DNA of 64,000 nt from Candidatus Poribacteria bacterium (GCA_965205015.1 OZ242029.1:1920001-1984000); one strand, 5' to 3'. Counted from the first letter of the stretch, positions 1 through 10,507 are shown. A program made the numbers and translations. The notes: a model not told the origin generated them from the sequence alone.

Positions 1-37
1 TAGAAAGTGCCATATTGTGACATGAGATACGCCTCAT

Positions 38-1027
38 TTATTCGTCATAGATAGACTGCTTCAGTCTGCCCCAGAGGGTCGTTTGCTTCTCGGCGGTCGG
101 CGACACAGAGAGAAACTCCGCAGGTACCCAGGCAGGATAACGATCTCTTGCTGGGTGCTTTGTTAATTGCCGCGTTTCGATGCCATCAGGACTGACAAGG
201 TGGATATTTGAATCTCGATTTAGGTTACCCCACGGACTTTCAACTTCTAACTCATAGGCGATCCACTGCCCATCCGGAGACCACGCGGGAACGCCACCCC
301 ATGTATTTTCCAGTGTGATTCTCCGATTGTTTTGTCCGTCATCTGTCATGATGTAAATGCCAACTCCCACAAGATCGGTCATTTCATAGGCAATCTGTTT
401 TCCATCGGGCGACCAGGTCGGCTCGCCTCCCCCGAACCTCCTTTCTCTAACGCGTCTGGCACTTTTTCCATTGGACTTCATCAGAAAGAGGTCTTTTCCT
501 TCTTCTCTGTCAGAATAGAAAAGAATTCGATCTCCATCGGGCGACCACTTCGGAAACCTATTGTATCCGGTGTCTGTCAGTTGCTGCAGGTTTCCGGTGT
601 TGACATTGATTTTGTAAATGTGCTTCGTAGACATTGGAACGCCGGGGTGCTTGGACGTAAAGGCGATCCACTGTCCATCAGGCGACCAATCGGGATCAAA
701 ATCTGATATTGATGCCAGATGGGTCGTTAGGGGGCGGAGTTCTTTGTTATTTCTATTCATCAAATAAATTCTGTTAGTGCCATTTCGATCGGAAACAAAA
801 GCCATCCACTGTCCGTCGGGTGAGAATGCGGGTTGCACATCCTGTGCTGGGTGGTTTGTGAGATTCTGAAGATTTTTCCCATTTATATCCATGATGTAAA
901 TCTCATTGTTCCCCTCTCTCGGAGAAGTGAAGGCGATACGTGTAGGATCAGAGGCGGGTACACAAAGACGGAGTGCCAGCAGGAAGCAAGCGAATCCCGC
1001 TGTAAAGGCCATAAGTTTACGTTTCAT
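38..1027 (-). CDS. Secreted TolB-like PD40/WD40 beta-propeller protein with C-terminal TTLWGRLK motif
   Basis: N-terminal signal peptide; repeated P.WSPDG..IAF units; C-terminus SVSPTAEKQTTLWGRLK. Confidence 0.85.
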   Translation of the reverse strand: MKRKLMAFTAGFACFLLALRLCVPASDPTRIAFTSPREGNNEIYIMDINGKNLQNLTNHPAQDVQPAFSPDGQWMAFVSDRNGTNRIYLMNRNNKELRPLTTHLASISDFDPDWSPDGQWIAFTSKHPGVPMSTKHIYKINVNTGNLQQLTDTGYNRFPKWSPDGDRILFYSDREEGKDLFLMKSNGKSARRVRERRFGGGEPTWSPDGKQIAYEMTDLVGVGIYIMTDDGQNNRRITLENTWGGVPAWSPDGQWIAYELEVESPWGNLNRDSNIHLVSPDGIETRQLTKHPARDRYPAWVPAEFLSVSPTAEKQTTLWGRLKQSIYDE

Positions 1028-1349
1028 TTTTACAGACTCCTCGCATGAAAGTTATTCACTGAGAAATGGTCTTATTTGTGCGTTTGATATTCGCAAGAAG
1101 GAGGCCAATACGAAACGCCTATTTCAGCGTGAATTCTCGACAGTCAACACAGAATTGCATCAAGAACTGAACGTTCTTGTCCAACATCTGAACGATTTTT
1201 TGATTTCCCTGTTGTGTGCGACCCATATCATATCATAATGAGAATTCGGATGCAGCCAAATTTGCACTTGACGGTACCAATGGGGACTTGTAAAATAGGT
1301 ATATCTGATATAGCGAGATTCCAAATCTCGCCAGTGGAGGAGCCGCGCA

Positions 1350-2375
1350 GTGCCGAACTTTACAGCAGAAGAACTCACCGAAATTTGCCTGAACGTCTTT
1401 CAGAAATTAAATATCCCAGCCGCCGAAGCGGAAACCGTAACCCGTTCCATGGTGGATGCCAACCGCGTCGGACACGATTCACACGGCGTAATCCATCTCG
1501 CGAAATATGTACGTGAACTGGGAGCCGGATTGATCCAACCTGGAGCACCAACGGAAACCTTGCACGAATCTGCGTCCATCGCGGTGTTAGATGGAAATTG
1601 GGGTTTTGGTCCCGTCATCGCGACGCGTGCCGTTGAGATGGCAATCCAGAAAGCAAAACAGACGGATATCAGCTCGGTTGCTGTTTCACGGTGCAATGAA
1701 GTCGGTAGGTTAGGCGGATACGCGTGCCTCGCCGCGGAGGCAGAGATGATTGGGGTGCTCATGGCGAATGACCATGGCGGTGGTACGTGTGTCGCGCCGC
1801 ACGGTGGGGTTGAAGGCAGGCTCTCAACCAATCCGATCGCGTGTGCAGTGCCGATCGAAGGGCAAGATCCGATTGTATTGGATATGTCCACGAGCGTTGT
1901 CGCATCGGGGAAGATCCGGGTCAAGCAACATCGGAACGAAGCGCTCCCGCACGGGTGGCTTATTGACGCAGAAGGCGGGTCAACGACGAATTCGGACGAT
2001 TTCTATGACGTCCCGCCTGCCGCCTTGCTGCCGTTCGGTGGAGCAGTTTCTGCCCACAAAGGATTCGGACTGAGTGTCATCGTTGATCTCCTATCGGGCG
2101 CACTCACGGGTGCGGGGTGTAGTCAGGGTGAAGATGCTCGTGTAGGCAATGGGTTGTTTGTGCTGGTGATGAATGTTGCCAGTTTTAGAGAATTTCCGGG
2201 ATTCAGTGCCGAGATAGAACGTTTTATCAATTATCTCAAATCGGCAAAGCGCGCCCCTGGGGTTGACGTAATTCGGGTGCCAGGCGAACGGGGTTGGGAA
2301 GAACAGCGGAGACGGGAACAGGAAGGCATTCCAATAGACACCGAGACATGGGCACACATCCAGGCATTAAAGTAG
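1350..2375 (+). CDS. Ldh_2 family (malate/L-lactate/sulfolactate dehydrogenase-like) oxidoreductase
   Basis: Motifs GHDSHG, DGNWGFG, STNPIA, DMSTS, HKGFGL, PGE; GGAGG RBS before the GTG. Confidence 0.9.
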   Translation: MPNFTAEELTEICLNVFQKLNIPAAEAETVTRSMVDANRVGHDSHGVIHLAKYVRELGAGLIQPGAPTETLHESASIAVLDGNWGFGPVIATRAVEMAIQKAKQTDISSVAVSRCNEVGRLGGYACLAAEAEMIGVLMANDHGGGTCVAPHGGVEGRLSTNPIACAVPIEGQDPIVLDMSTSVVASGKIRVKQHRNEALPHGWLIDAEGGSTTNSDDFYDVPPAALLPFGGAVSAHKGFGLSVIVDLLSGALTGAGCSQGEDARVGNGLFVLVMNVASFREFPGFSAEIERFINYLKSAKRAPGVDVIRVPGERGWEEQRRREQEGIPIDTETWAHIQALK

Positions 2376-2439
2376 TAGGCACGCTCCGTCGTGCCGTTCA
2401 CTTATGGTGATCCTCTATTCAGTCAATATCACGACTATG

Positions 2440-3534
2440 CTATGCCACGGTTAAAGATTTACCTGTCTCTGGGTGAAATAGGTGCGCTTTCTCTATATCA
2501 AAACTAACCGTCAGGTGGGCGTTGTGTTGAGGCATGTTAACGAGATCGGATTGTGCGACAAAACTGTTCTTCTCTGTCCGGAGATATAAGAGCGCGTGAT
2601 TCCCGAGCGGCTCAACCAATTCCACTTGTGTTCCGACACTATTTTGCCCATTTTCACCGACGTGAATATCTTCCGGGCGAATGCCGAGCGTCACCGAATC
2701 CCCTGAAATTTTGCCGAGTGCCGACTGCAGGTGATCATTCAGTTCCACCGTGAAAGTTTCAAATCTCAGCATCGGGTCCCCGCCATTATTCACGATGTCC
2801 GTCTCTATAAAGTTCATCGGCGGTGTGCCGATGAAGCCTCCGACGAATTGGTTTGCCGGTTTGTGATAGAGCGTTCCCGGATCGGCAATCTGTTGGATTT
2901 TTCCCTCATTGAGCACCACAATCTGGTCCCCCATCGTCATCGCTTCAACCTGATCGTGCGTGACGTAGACAATAGTGGCGTTGAGTCGGTCGTGCAGACG
3001 ACTGATCTCCATCCGCATCTGCACACGTAATTTCGCATCGAGATTGCTCAACGGTTCATCGAACAGAAAGACTTTGGGATGTCGGACGATCGCTCTACCG
3101 ACGGCAACGCGTTGACGTTCGCCACCGGAGAGGTGCTTCGGTTTGCGGTTCAGGAGGTGCGAGATGCTCAGAATCTCCGCTGCCTCTTTGACACGCTCGT
3201 CTATCTCCGCTTTCGGATATTTCCGAAGTTTCAGACCAAATGCCATGTTCTTATACACCGTCATGTGTGGATAGAGGGCGTAATTTTGGAAAACCATGGC
3301 GATGTCCCGATCTTTGGGTGGGATTTCATTGATCCGTTCATCGTCGATATAGATATCGCCTTCCGTTATCTCTTCCAATCCGGCGATCATCCGCAGAATT
3401 GTCGATTTCCCGCATCCCGACGGACCCACCAGCACGGTAAAAGACTCATCGGGAATCTGAAAATCTGCCTGTTCGACTGCAAGAACGTCACCGTCGTAAA
3501 TTTTGGTGACATCTTTCAAGGTAAGGTGTGCCAT
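2440..3534 (-). CDS. Sugar ABC transporter ATP-binding subunit (MalK/UgpC/MsmX type)
   Basis: Walker A GPSGCGKS, VFQNYALYPHM, LSGGERQR, DEPLSNLDAKLR, C-terminal TOBE-like region. Confidence 0.95.
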   Translation of the reverse strand: MAHLTLKDVTKIYDGDVLAVEQADFQIPDESFTVLVGPSGCGKSTILRMIAGLEEITEGDIYIDDERINEIPPKDRDIAMVFQNYALYPHMTVYKNMAFGLKLRKYPKAEIDERVKEAAEILSISHLLNRKPKHLSGGERQRVAVGRAIVRHPKVFLFDEPLSNLDAKLRVQMRMEISRLHDRLNATIVYVTHDQVEAMTMGDQIVVLNEGKIQQIADPGTLYHKPANQFVGGFIGTPPMNFIETDIVNNGGDPMLRFETFTVELNDHLQSALGKISGDSVTLGIRPEDIHVGENGQNSVGTQVELVEPLGNHALLYLRTEKNSFVAQSDLVNMPQHNAHLTVSFDIEKAHLFHPETGKSLTVA

Positions 3535-3590
3535 AATTTCTGCGTTGACGAGACACTGTAAATTATGAGGATAGCGTTAGACCCCTCGTT

Positions 3591-3808
3591 TTATCCTTCC
3601 GGATGAAACAGTGCTTCGTCAATTTGAGCATTCAACGTGATGTCGGTAATAAAGACCCGTCGATATTCCCCGTTTTCTGTCGTACGATAGTGCGGGATTT
3701 TAATGCCATCTACATCCCGATAATCGTCAAGGAATGCCACCACGTTTTTCACGCCTCCTCCTATTTCAATATCGTAACTAAACTGGACGACATAATGCGT
3801 TTCTTCAC
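3591..3808 (-). pseudogene. 3' fragment of the TPR-TlpA-TlpA gene (5304..7389), cut off by the IS insertion
   Basis: Removing 3809..5303 joins ...KLKVFIS to EETHYVVQFSYD...YRDVDGIKIP...FHPEG* in one frame (2304 nt, 767 aa). Confidence 0.85.
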
Positions 3809-3893
3809 CTAAGTTTACGGATTGGAAGCCCAAACTTTTAAGTTTGGGAGGAAAATCCGCCCTCTTGGAAAGGACCAAAATGTTTATTTTCCC

Positions 3894-3923
3894 TTGACAC
3901 TTGGTTCGAAATTGTGGTAGAAT
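3894..3923 (+). promoter_or_regulatory. sigma70-type promoter of tnpB inside the IS
   Basis: TTGACA-18-TAGAAT with a TG upstream of the -10. Confidence 0.6.
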
Positions 3924-4020
3924 GAGAGTATCAGGTTGGCAGACAGTGTTTAGCATTACCGCTTGGTAATGTGTCTGCCTCCCACTAAGCAGAGGATAAA
4001 TATCTGATACCTGATATACC

Positions 4021-5287
4021 ATGAAATTAACCTTTGAATATCCTGTGTATCCAACACAGACACAGGAAGAAACCTTATTAGGATGGACTTGACCATCTCT
4101 GTGAACTTCAGAATTCCGCGCGCAACAATCGCAAACATGCGCATGAGACAGAAGGTCGTTTTGTTTCGCGATATGACCAGGAACAACTCTTGAAGGGTGC
4201 CCGTGAGAAATATGACGATTTTCGCCAAGTCCCTCAAGATTTCCAAGTGTCTATCCTCAAACGTGTTGACAGGGCCTTTGATGCCTTCCGTAAGCGGTGT
4301 AAAGAAGGTGCGGAGAAAAAAGGGTATCCTCGTTACAAAATGCGTGTGCGTTCTCTGACGTGGTGCTTGCGAAAGCATAAACGCAAAACAGGTGAACGTG
4401 TCCGCCAAAATCCGATACGAGAAACCACATGGAAACACGACCGTTTGAAAGTGCCGAAACTCGATGAAATCAAGATATACATGCACCGTCCGCTTCAAGG
4501 CGATCCGAAAGAAGTGACACTCGTGAAAAAAGCAAGTGGCTGGTATGCACATATCACTTGTGAACTACCTGACACTCCAAAGATTGAACCAACAGATGCG
4601 ATTGCGGTTGATGTTGGCACGACACACTATCTGACGACTTCCGAAGGTGAAAAGGAAGAGAATCCGCGTTGGTATCGCCAAGCAGAAGGTTTGCTCCGAA
4701 AACACGCGAAAGACCTATCGCGTAAAAAGTTAGGTAGCAACCGAAGAAAGAAACAACAACACAAACTCGCTTTACACCATGAACGAACCGCGAACAAACG
4801 CAAAGACTTTATCGGTAAACTCGTCTATAAACTCTACCACCATAAAAAAAACAATGTTTTAGTGGCAGAGGATTTAGGCGTATCAAACCTGGTAAAGAAC
4901 AAACACCTCAGCAAGAGCATTTCGGATGCGTCTTGGGCAAAGTTCTTTCAGTGGTCTGCAGACATAGCCGAAAGAGACGGTCTGTACTTCCACCAAGTTG
5001 ATCCCAAGAACACTTCGCAAACATGCTCGGCTTGTGGCAAGAAGTCGCCCAAGAAACTCTCTTTAGCGATACGCACCTTTGATTGTAGTTTTTGTGGCAC
5101 GGTTTTAGACCGAGACCACAACGCTGCGATAAACATACTTTTACGGGCGGCTTGCGCCCTTCGTGGAGAGCGTTGGGTTACCGACCTCTATGAAGCGAGA
5201 AACACCAACGAAGCACGAGACACGGGCTTTGAGACTGCTGAACAACTGCTGTTGTTTAACGACCTCTTAACAAGCCCAAGTCTTTAG
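4021..5287 (+). pseudogene. tnpB: RNA-guided endonuclease TnpB with a +1 frameshift near 4087
   Basis: ATG 4021 reads MKLTFEYPVYPTQTQEETLLGW then stops at 4090-92; the +1 frame continues LDHLCELQNSAR... into the 4190 ORF. RuvC I AVDVG, RuvC II AEDL, Zn finger CSAC/CSFC, RuvC III DRDHNAAINI. Confidence 0.88.
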
Positions 5288-5303
5288 GCTTGGGTACATT
5301 GAC

Positions 5304-7389
5304 TAATAAAGACTTTTAACTTTTTCCCAGAAGGCTGCGTAACGAGAAGAACGGATGTAGGAACATCCTTCACCTCTTCTGTTCCTATGTATTGAACGGG
5401 AATATCGTCTTTCGAGAGCGTTGTCAAAAGCCACATAGGTTCTCGGAAAAGGCTATCCCTAAAGAAGTTAGTATAAGACGCAGCCGCCTCAAGTGGAACA
5501 GGTTTGACCTCTCCACCTACTATCATAAACACCGATTCCCCATCAAAGATCAAGCGGCTACCCCTCTCGGTGTGAATACCTCCCCAATCGCTGCAGATCC
5601 TGTTCGCATCAAAATATGTTTTAGCCGGTCCCTCGTTCTGCAGGGTACCATCGGAGAGGTGTTCAAAACTCTCAGATTCCATCACAACGCTTTTCACCGC
5701 TTCGAGTTTCTCAAGTCCGCCGTGCGCCGCGACAGCCGCCTCAATAATTTCTTTCACCTGGGGTTCTACATTTTGCGCACCTTCAGGAGAATCGGAAGGT
5801 GTTCTTATAGGATTATCAGAGGCATCGGCAGGTCTCGTGAGATTTTCCTTCACCAATTCAGCAACAGCGGACTCAACATCAAAACCACCGAGGTTTGCTT
5901 TGCGAATAACCCCTTCACCGTCAATCAAAAAGGTTGATGGAATCCCTCGGACCTCATATAGGTTCCTCACCTCCCCGCTTTCATCCCAATAGTGAAGCCA
6001 CCCGAGCTCCTCTTTTTCAATGTATGCTTTAAGGGGTCCCGTTAACCTGTCCAGACTGATCCCGATAATCTGAAACTTCTGATCTTTGTATTTTTCGTAA
6101 GTCCGCTTCACTTTCGGCATCTCTGCGATGCAGGGTCGGCACCATGTTGCCCAGAAATCGAGCAAGACAACCTGTCCTCGAAAACTTTTCAAAGTGATCT
6201 CTTCGCCCTTCAAATCCGTTACCTGAAAATCTGGTGCGGGTTTACCAATCCACCGATTCGTCCTTGCCCCGAAGAGTTCAGGTAATTCAACGTCCTGAGC
6301 GGTTTTATCCTGTTTGATAATCTTTGTTGCGGGTATTGATTGTCGTCTCGAACTGTCTCCAGAAGGTTTAGCGTGAGGGTCAATAGGTCTCTCAAGATTT
6401 TCCGTCATCAGGTCCGCGACGGCATGCTCAAGCGCGTGTCCGCGAAGGTTCGTTTTGCGGATGATACCCTCACCGTCAATTAGGAAGGTCGAGGGAATCC
6501 CCTGCACCTTATACATTGTGCTAACCTGGCGACTTTTATCCCAATAGTGAAGCCATCCCAATTCCTCTTTCTCAATATAAGACTCAAGAGGTTCTATTGA
6601 CCTGTCCAGACTGATACCGATAATTTGGAACTTCTGATCTTTATACTTTTCGTAAGTCTTCTTAACGTTGGGTATCTCTGCGATACAGGGAGGACACCAC
6701 GTCGCCCAGAAATCAAGGAGCACGACCTGTCCACGGTATTGCTTCAACGAGAGTTCTTCACCCTTCAAATCCGTCACCTGAAAATCCAGTGCGGGCTTAC
6801 CGATCCACTCCCTTGGGTTCAGGCTTGCCCCGGGCGGTTTCGGTAATTCACCGTTTCGGTCAGCTCTGTCCTGTTCGAGGATCCTCTTCGCAAATTTCGC
6901 CTGCGATCGCGACCCGTATTTCGGATGGTCTATCAATTTTTGGTAAGCGCTGTCTGCTGCATCGTGATTGCCGAGTTTGTCGTACGCCAATCCCAAGTCT
7001 AACAGACAACGTTCAACGTAGCGAGCCTCTGGATACGCGTTGATGGCCTCTTCAAAAACCGTAACACCTTCTTCAACACGCGCCAGCTGAACCAAGGCGT
7101 TGCCGAGGAGGTAATAGACCTCATCCACCCGTTTGTATTCCGGGTGTGCTTCAACGAATTCCGCGGATTTCTCAACTAATTTCTCTAAATCTTCCTGTTT
7201 CTTCTGCTGCTTGAGGTTTTTAGAAATTGCCTTAATTGCTTGGTATTTGTAAGCCGCTTTCAGCGGGGCGGCACCCACAGAATTCGCACCAAGACCTATT
7301 AACGCAAGGCTGATGAACACGCAAATGAGATGAGCACAAAGGTTGCTATTCCCGCTTTGCTGTGAAGTTATTTCATTTCGGGAGAACAT
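5304..7389 (-). pseudogene. Secreted TPR + two TlpA/redoxin domains + C-terminal domain; truncated by the IS
   Basis: TPR helices (YYLLGNAL, LLDLGLAY); LDFWATWCPPC and LDFWATWCRPC; the ORF runs into the IS right end and stops at 5284. Confidence 0.85.
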
Positions 7390-7470
7390 CGTCGACCTCC
7401 TCTGTGTGAATTTGTGTGCGATGTATCAGAGATTTCCGCTTGTTGTAGGAGCGAGTTGTGCTCGCGATTC

Positions 7471-8481
7471 TTAATTCCCCAAATTTTCCTGCACGAGTTC
7501 CGCGACGGCGTGTTCAAGCGCGAGACCGCGGAGATTCACCCTACGGACAATTCCCGCCCCGTCAATAAGAAACGTAGACGGAATCGCTCGCACACCATAC
7601 AAACTGCTGATTTGGCCGGTGCTGTCCAAGCATTGCCGCCACTCGATCCCCTCTCCGTAAATGTATGCGTCAAGAGGGGCCATGGATCTGTCTAAGCTAA
7701 TCCCGATGATTTGGAACTTTTGATCTCTGTGTTTCGCATAAGTTTGCTTAATGTTCGGCATCTCGGCGATACACGGACCACACCACGTTGCCCAGAAATC
7801 GAGGAGTACGACCTGCCCGCGGTACTGTTCCAGTGTCAGTTCTTCACCCCTTATGTCCATCACCCGAAAATCTGGCGCCGGTTGATTTACAAATTGGTTC
7901 CGGCTTGGGCGTGGACTCTCGCCAGACAAACTCGTTAGTTCACCTTTTCGTTGGGTTTTATCCTGTTCAAGAAGCTGTTGTGCTGTTACAGCGTATCTAC
8001 CACTACGGTACTTTGGGTGATTTGCCAGTTTTTCGTAGAGGGCATCCGCTTTCCTATGCTCCCTGATTTTGTCATAGGCTAATCCTAAGATCAGCAGACT
8101 CGGTTCGGCATAGGTAGCAAAAGGATAGTCCCGGATAAGTTCTTCAAGTACCTCGATTCCTTCTTCAGTGCGCTGTAGTTCAACTAAAATGGAACCGAGG
8201 AAATAGTAAACTTCATCTACCTGTCTGTGTTTCGGGTAGGTCTTAATGAAAACCCTTAATTTCTCTATCACCGCATCATAATCAGCAGGTTCACCACCCT
8301 TTGAAAGTTCATCAAGAGCGGTTTTAATTTCGCTATACGCGCGGTTGGCTGAAACCGACTCTGAAATTGTTGTGGTGAGCGTCGAATTCACACAGGAAGC
8401 CATCAATAGCAATCCCATCAGCACAATGGCAAGGTAGTGCCGGTCTCCATTTATTCTGATACGCTTGTTTCGCGGAAACAT
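7471..8481 (-). CDS. TPR + TlpA thiol-disulfide oxidoreductase, probable lipoprotein
   Basis: Lipobox-like LMASC; TPRs; LDFWATWCGPC; paralog of the neighbouring gene. Confidence 0.85.
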   Translation of the reverse strand: MFPRNKRIRINGDRHYLAIVLMGLLLMASCVNSTLTTTISESVSANRAYSEIKTALDELSKGGEPADYDAVIEKLRVFIKTYPKHRQVDEVYYFLGSILVELQRTEEGIEVLEELIRDYPFATYAEPSLLILGLAYDKIREHRKADALYEKLANHPKYRSGRYAVTAQQLLEQDKTQRKGELTSLSGESPRPSRNQFVNQPAPDFRVMDIRGEELTLEQYRGQVVLLDFWATWCGPCIAEMPNIKQTYAKHRDQKFQIIGISLDRSMAPLDAYIYGEGIEWRQCLDSTGQISSLYGVRAIPSTFLIDGAGIVRRVNLRGLALEHAVAELVQENLGN

Positions 8482-8512
8482 CGCCTGTCTCCTTCAGATG
8501 AGTTGGCGGTTA

Positions 8513-9103
8513 TTAGAGGGCGTTCCGATAGGAGTACGCCAGTAGCAGTTTGATCTCTTCCGCCTGCACCTGTTGCAAGAAACGGGTTACATCCGAGTCG
8601 GAGTCACCTTCGGCAGCTTGGCACCAATCAATAAACTGATAAGAATCCCAGTTTTCTTCCGCCGCGATAGCCTGCCCGATGTCTGTGAGCGCGTCCGATG
8701 GGTTCGCTGTTTCTTTGAGAAGTTCGAGGGCACGTTCACGGAGTGCTGGGAAAATTGGGTGTGTTCCAACTCTGCCGAACCAATACTTGGAGTTAGGGTA
8801 ATCGGGTTCACGGCGATGCATGATGCCGTGCCAATAGCTCCCCGTCTGATCTGCCAATCCCTGTGAGATCGTATGCGATTCATCCAGTGCGTCGTTCCAC
8901 AAAAGTAAACCGCTTTTAATGGCTTCAGCAAACGTCGTATTTTTCAACGATGCTCCGTCGAAAAGATCATCAAGGGATGCCGCTTCCAAAGTATCCGTCA
9001 GTTCACTGCTCCATGCCTTCTGTGGCACGAGTGTCGGAAGTGGATTACCCGTTTCCAACTTTTCGATGACTTCGGCGATGGCTGATGTGTATGTTAAGTC
9101 CAT
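8513..9103 (-). CDS. Conserved hypothetical protein
   Basis: 196 aa with RBS; motif SHTISQ...YWHGIMHRREPDYPNSKYWF. Confidence 0.75.
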   Translation of the reverse strand: MDLTYTSAIAEVIEKLETGNPLPTLVPQKAWSSELTDTLEAASLDDLFDGASLKNTTFAEAIKSGLLLWNDALDESHTISQGLADQTGSYWHGIMHRREPDYPNSKYWFGRVGTHPIFPALRERALELLKETANPSDALTDIGQAIAAEENWDSYQFIDWCQAAEGDSDSDVTRFLQQVQAEEIKLLLAYSYRNAL

Positions 9104-9269
9104 GAGAAAACTCCTTAAGATTCAAATTGGTCTAATTTAAAAATAATTTATCATCTTTTGTCAAATAAATCAAGCGTTTTTAAGTTTACAAAGCAGTTGC
9201 TATTTAATCCGAAATATGATAAAATTAAAAACACGCGTCAGGAGATGTACGGCATAGATTGGACGGAAT

Positions 9270-9626
9270 ATGGGAACTGCCTTTAAAAAAGTCTTCATTG
9301 TTTTCATCGGATATATTGTCGTTTTGGGGGGCATTTTGATCGGTGTCATCCAACACTTCTCCGAATACGAATCGCTGCCAGAAACGATGCAGATGGTGGA
9401 CTTCTCAGGGATATTGGTATCGGTTTTAGGCGCGTGCCTCCTGAGTTTGGTCAGTGTTGCGCTGACTTTCTGGTTAGCGAGGGCATGGATAAGCGAACAG
9501 CCGGAACTCGGTGAACGGATTGTCCGTCTCGCCCTCGCAATCAGCATCAGTTTTATTGTTGTTTTCGGCGGGTTGGCAGGTGGGTTGATTGTTTTGCGGA
9601 CTTTATGGACGATCGGCTTTTTTTAA
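9270..9626 (+). CDS. Small membrane protein (about 3 TM)
   Basis: Three hydrophobic segments. Confidence 0.65.
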   Translation: MGTAFKKVFIVFIGYIVVLGGILIGVIQHFSEYESLPETMQMVDFSGILVSVLGACLLSLVSVALTFWLARAWISEQPELGERIVRLALAISISFIVVFGGLAGGLIVLRTLWTIGFF

Positions 9627-9627
9627 C

Positions 9628-9656
9628 TTGCATTTTTGTTACCGATATGGTATAAT
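9628..9656 (+). promoter_or_regulatory. sigma70-type promoter of the infC operon
   Basis: TTGCAT-17-TATAAT with extended TG. Confidence 0.6.
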
Positions 9657-9807
9657 TAGTTAATTCATTCGGACAAACAGTGTGAATCACGTATGTGGCG
9701 TGCTTTGCAACGTCCGATGTTCGTTTTCGTTTTTATATAAGCTTGTAAGCGATGCCTATAGGCTTGCAAGCGGCGCACTGCAGCGCCTTGACTTGGGGGT
9801 GTGAAAA

Positions 9808-10353
9808 ATACACTACAAAGGCAGACGTAATCAGAGGACGAAGGAAAGACAGAGTCGTTCCAATTATCAGATTCGAGCCAAAGAGATCTTACTGATAGAT
9901 CACGAGAACAAGCAACTGGGGGTCATGACGCCCCGCGACGCAATGAAACTTGCTGAAGAAGTTGGATTGGATTTGGTAGAGGTTTCACCGAATGCCAAGC
10001 CTCCTGTTTGTAAAATCATGGACTACGGGAAGTATCAGTATGAGAAAAACAAACGCGCACGCGAGGCTCGAAAAAAGCAGTCGAAAGTTGTCCTGAAAGG
10101 AATGCAGTTCCGTCCAGATACCGCGGAACACGACTACCAGTTCAAAAAACGGCATGTCGAAGATTTCTTGAAAAATGGATGGAAGGTCCGCGCAACCGTG
10201 CGGTTCCGAGGACGCGAGATGCTTCATACCGAACTTGGTAGAAGCTTACTTTCACGACTCAAGGACGATTTGGAAGAGATTGCCGATGTGGAACAACCGC
10301 CACGGATGGAAACCCGCATCATGTCAATGATCCTCGCACCCAAATCTGTGTAA
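9808..10353 (+). CDS. infC: Translation initiation factor IF-3 with a non-canonical ATA start
   Basis: LDLVEVSPNAKPPVCKIMDYGKYQYE, VRFRGRE. The frame is open from 9805 (N..IRAKEILLID) after TGA 9802; GGGGGTG SD just upstream of ATA 9808; no in-frame ATG/GTG/TTG before 9925. Confidence 0.92.
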   Translation: MHYKGRRNQRTKERQSRSNYQIRAKEILLIDHENKQLGVMTPRDAMKLAEEVGLDLVEVSPNAKPPVCKIMDYGKYQYEKNKRAREARKKQSKVVLKGMQFRPDTAEHDYQFKKRHVEDFLKNGWKVRATVRFRGREMLHTELGRSLLSRLKDDLEEIADVEQPPRMETRIMSMILAPKSV

Positions 10354-10507
10354 TGTTTTTGTCGTTGCACGCGTGTTTCCGATTCTAATTTTTTGTAGAG
10401 TGATCTCCTGGTCACGACATTTCCTCTTTTTGTAGGTGCGACCTCAAGCCAACGCCGATCGCGAGGGTGGTGTTTAGGGGGTCGCTGTACTTTTCAAGGA
10501 TATTCTT

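Larger units (their letters stand above)
3809..5303 (+). mobile_element. IS200/IS605-family non-autonomous (tnpB-only) element
   Basis: Inserted 3' of TTCAC (3804-3808) with no target duplication. Left-end hairpin CCCAAAC-TTTTAA-GTTTGGG; right-end hairpin CCCAAGTC-TTTA-GGCTTGGG ending in TTGAC (5299-5303). Precise excision restores the host ORF. No tnpA. Confidence 0.88.

Noticed and set aside
3591-4022. 143-aa ORF as an independent gene
   Set aside because: Chimera: its first half is antisense IS left-end sequence; only 3591-3808 is host coding sequence
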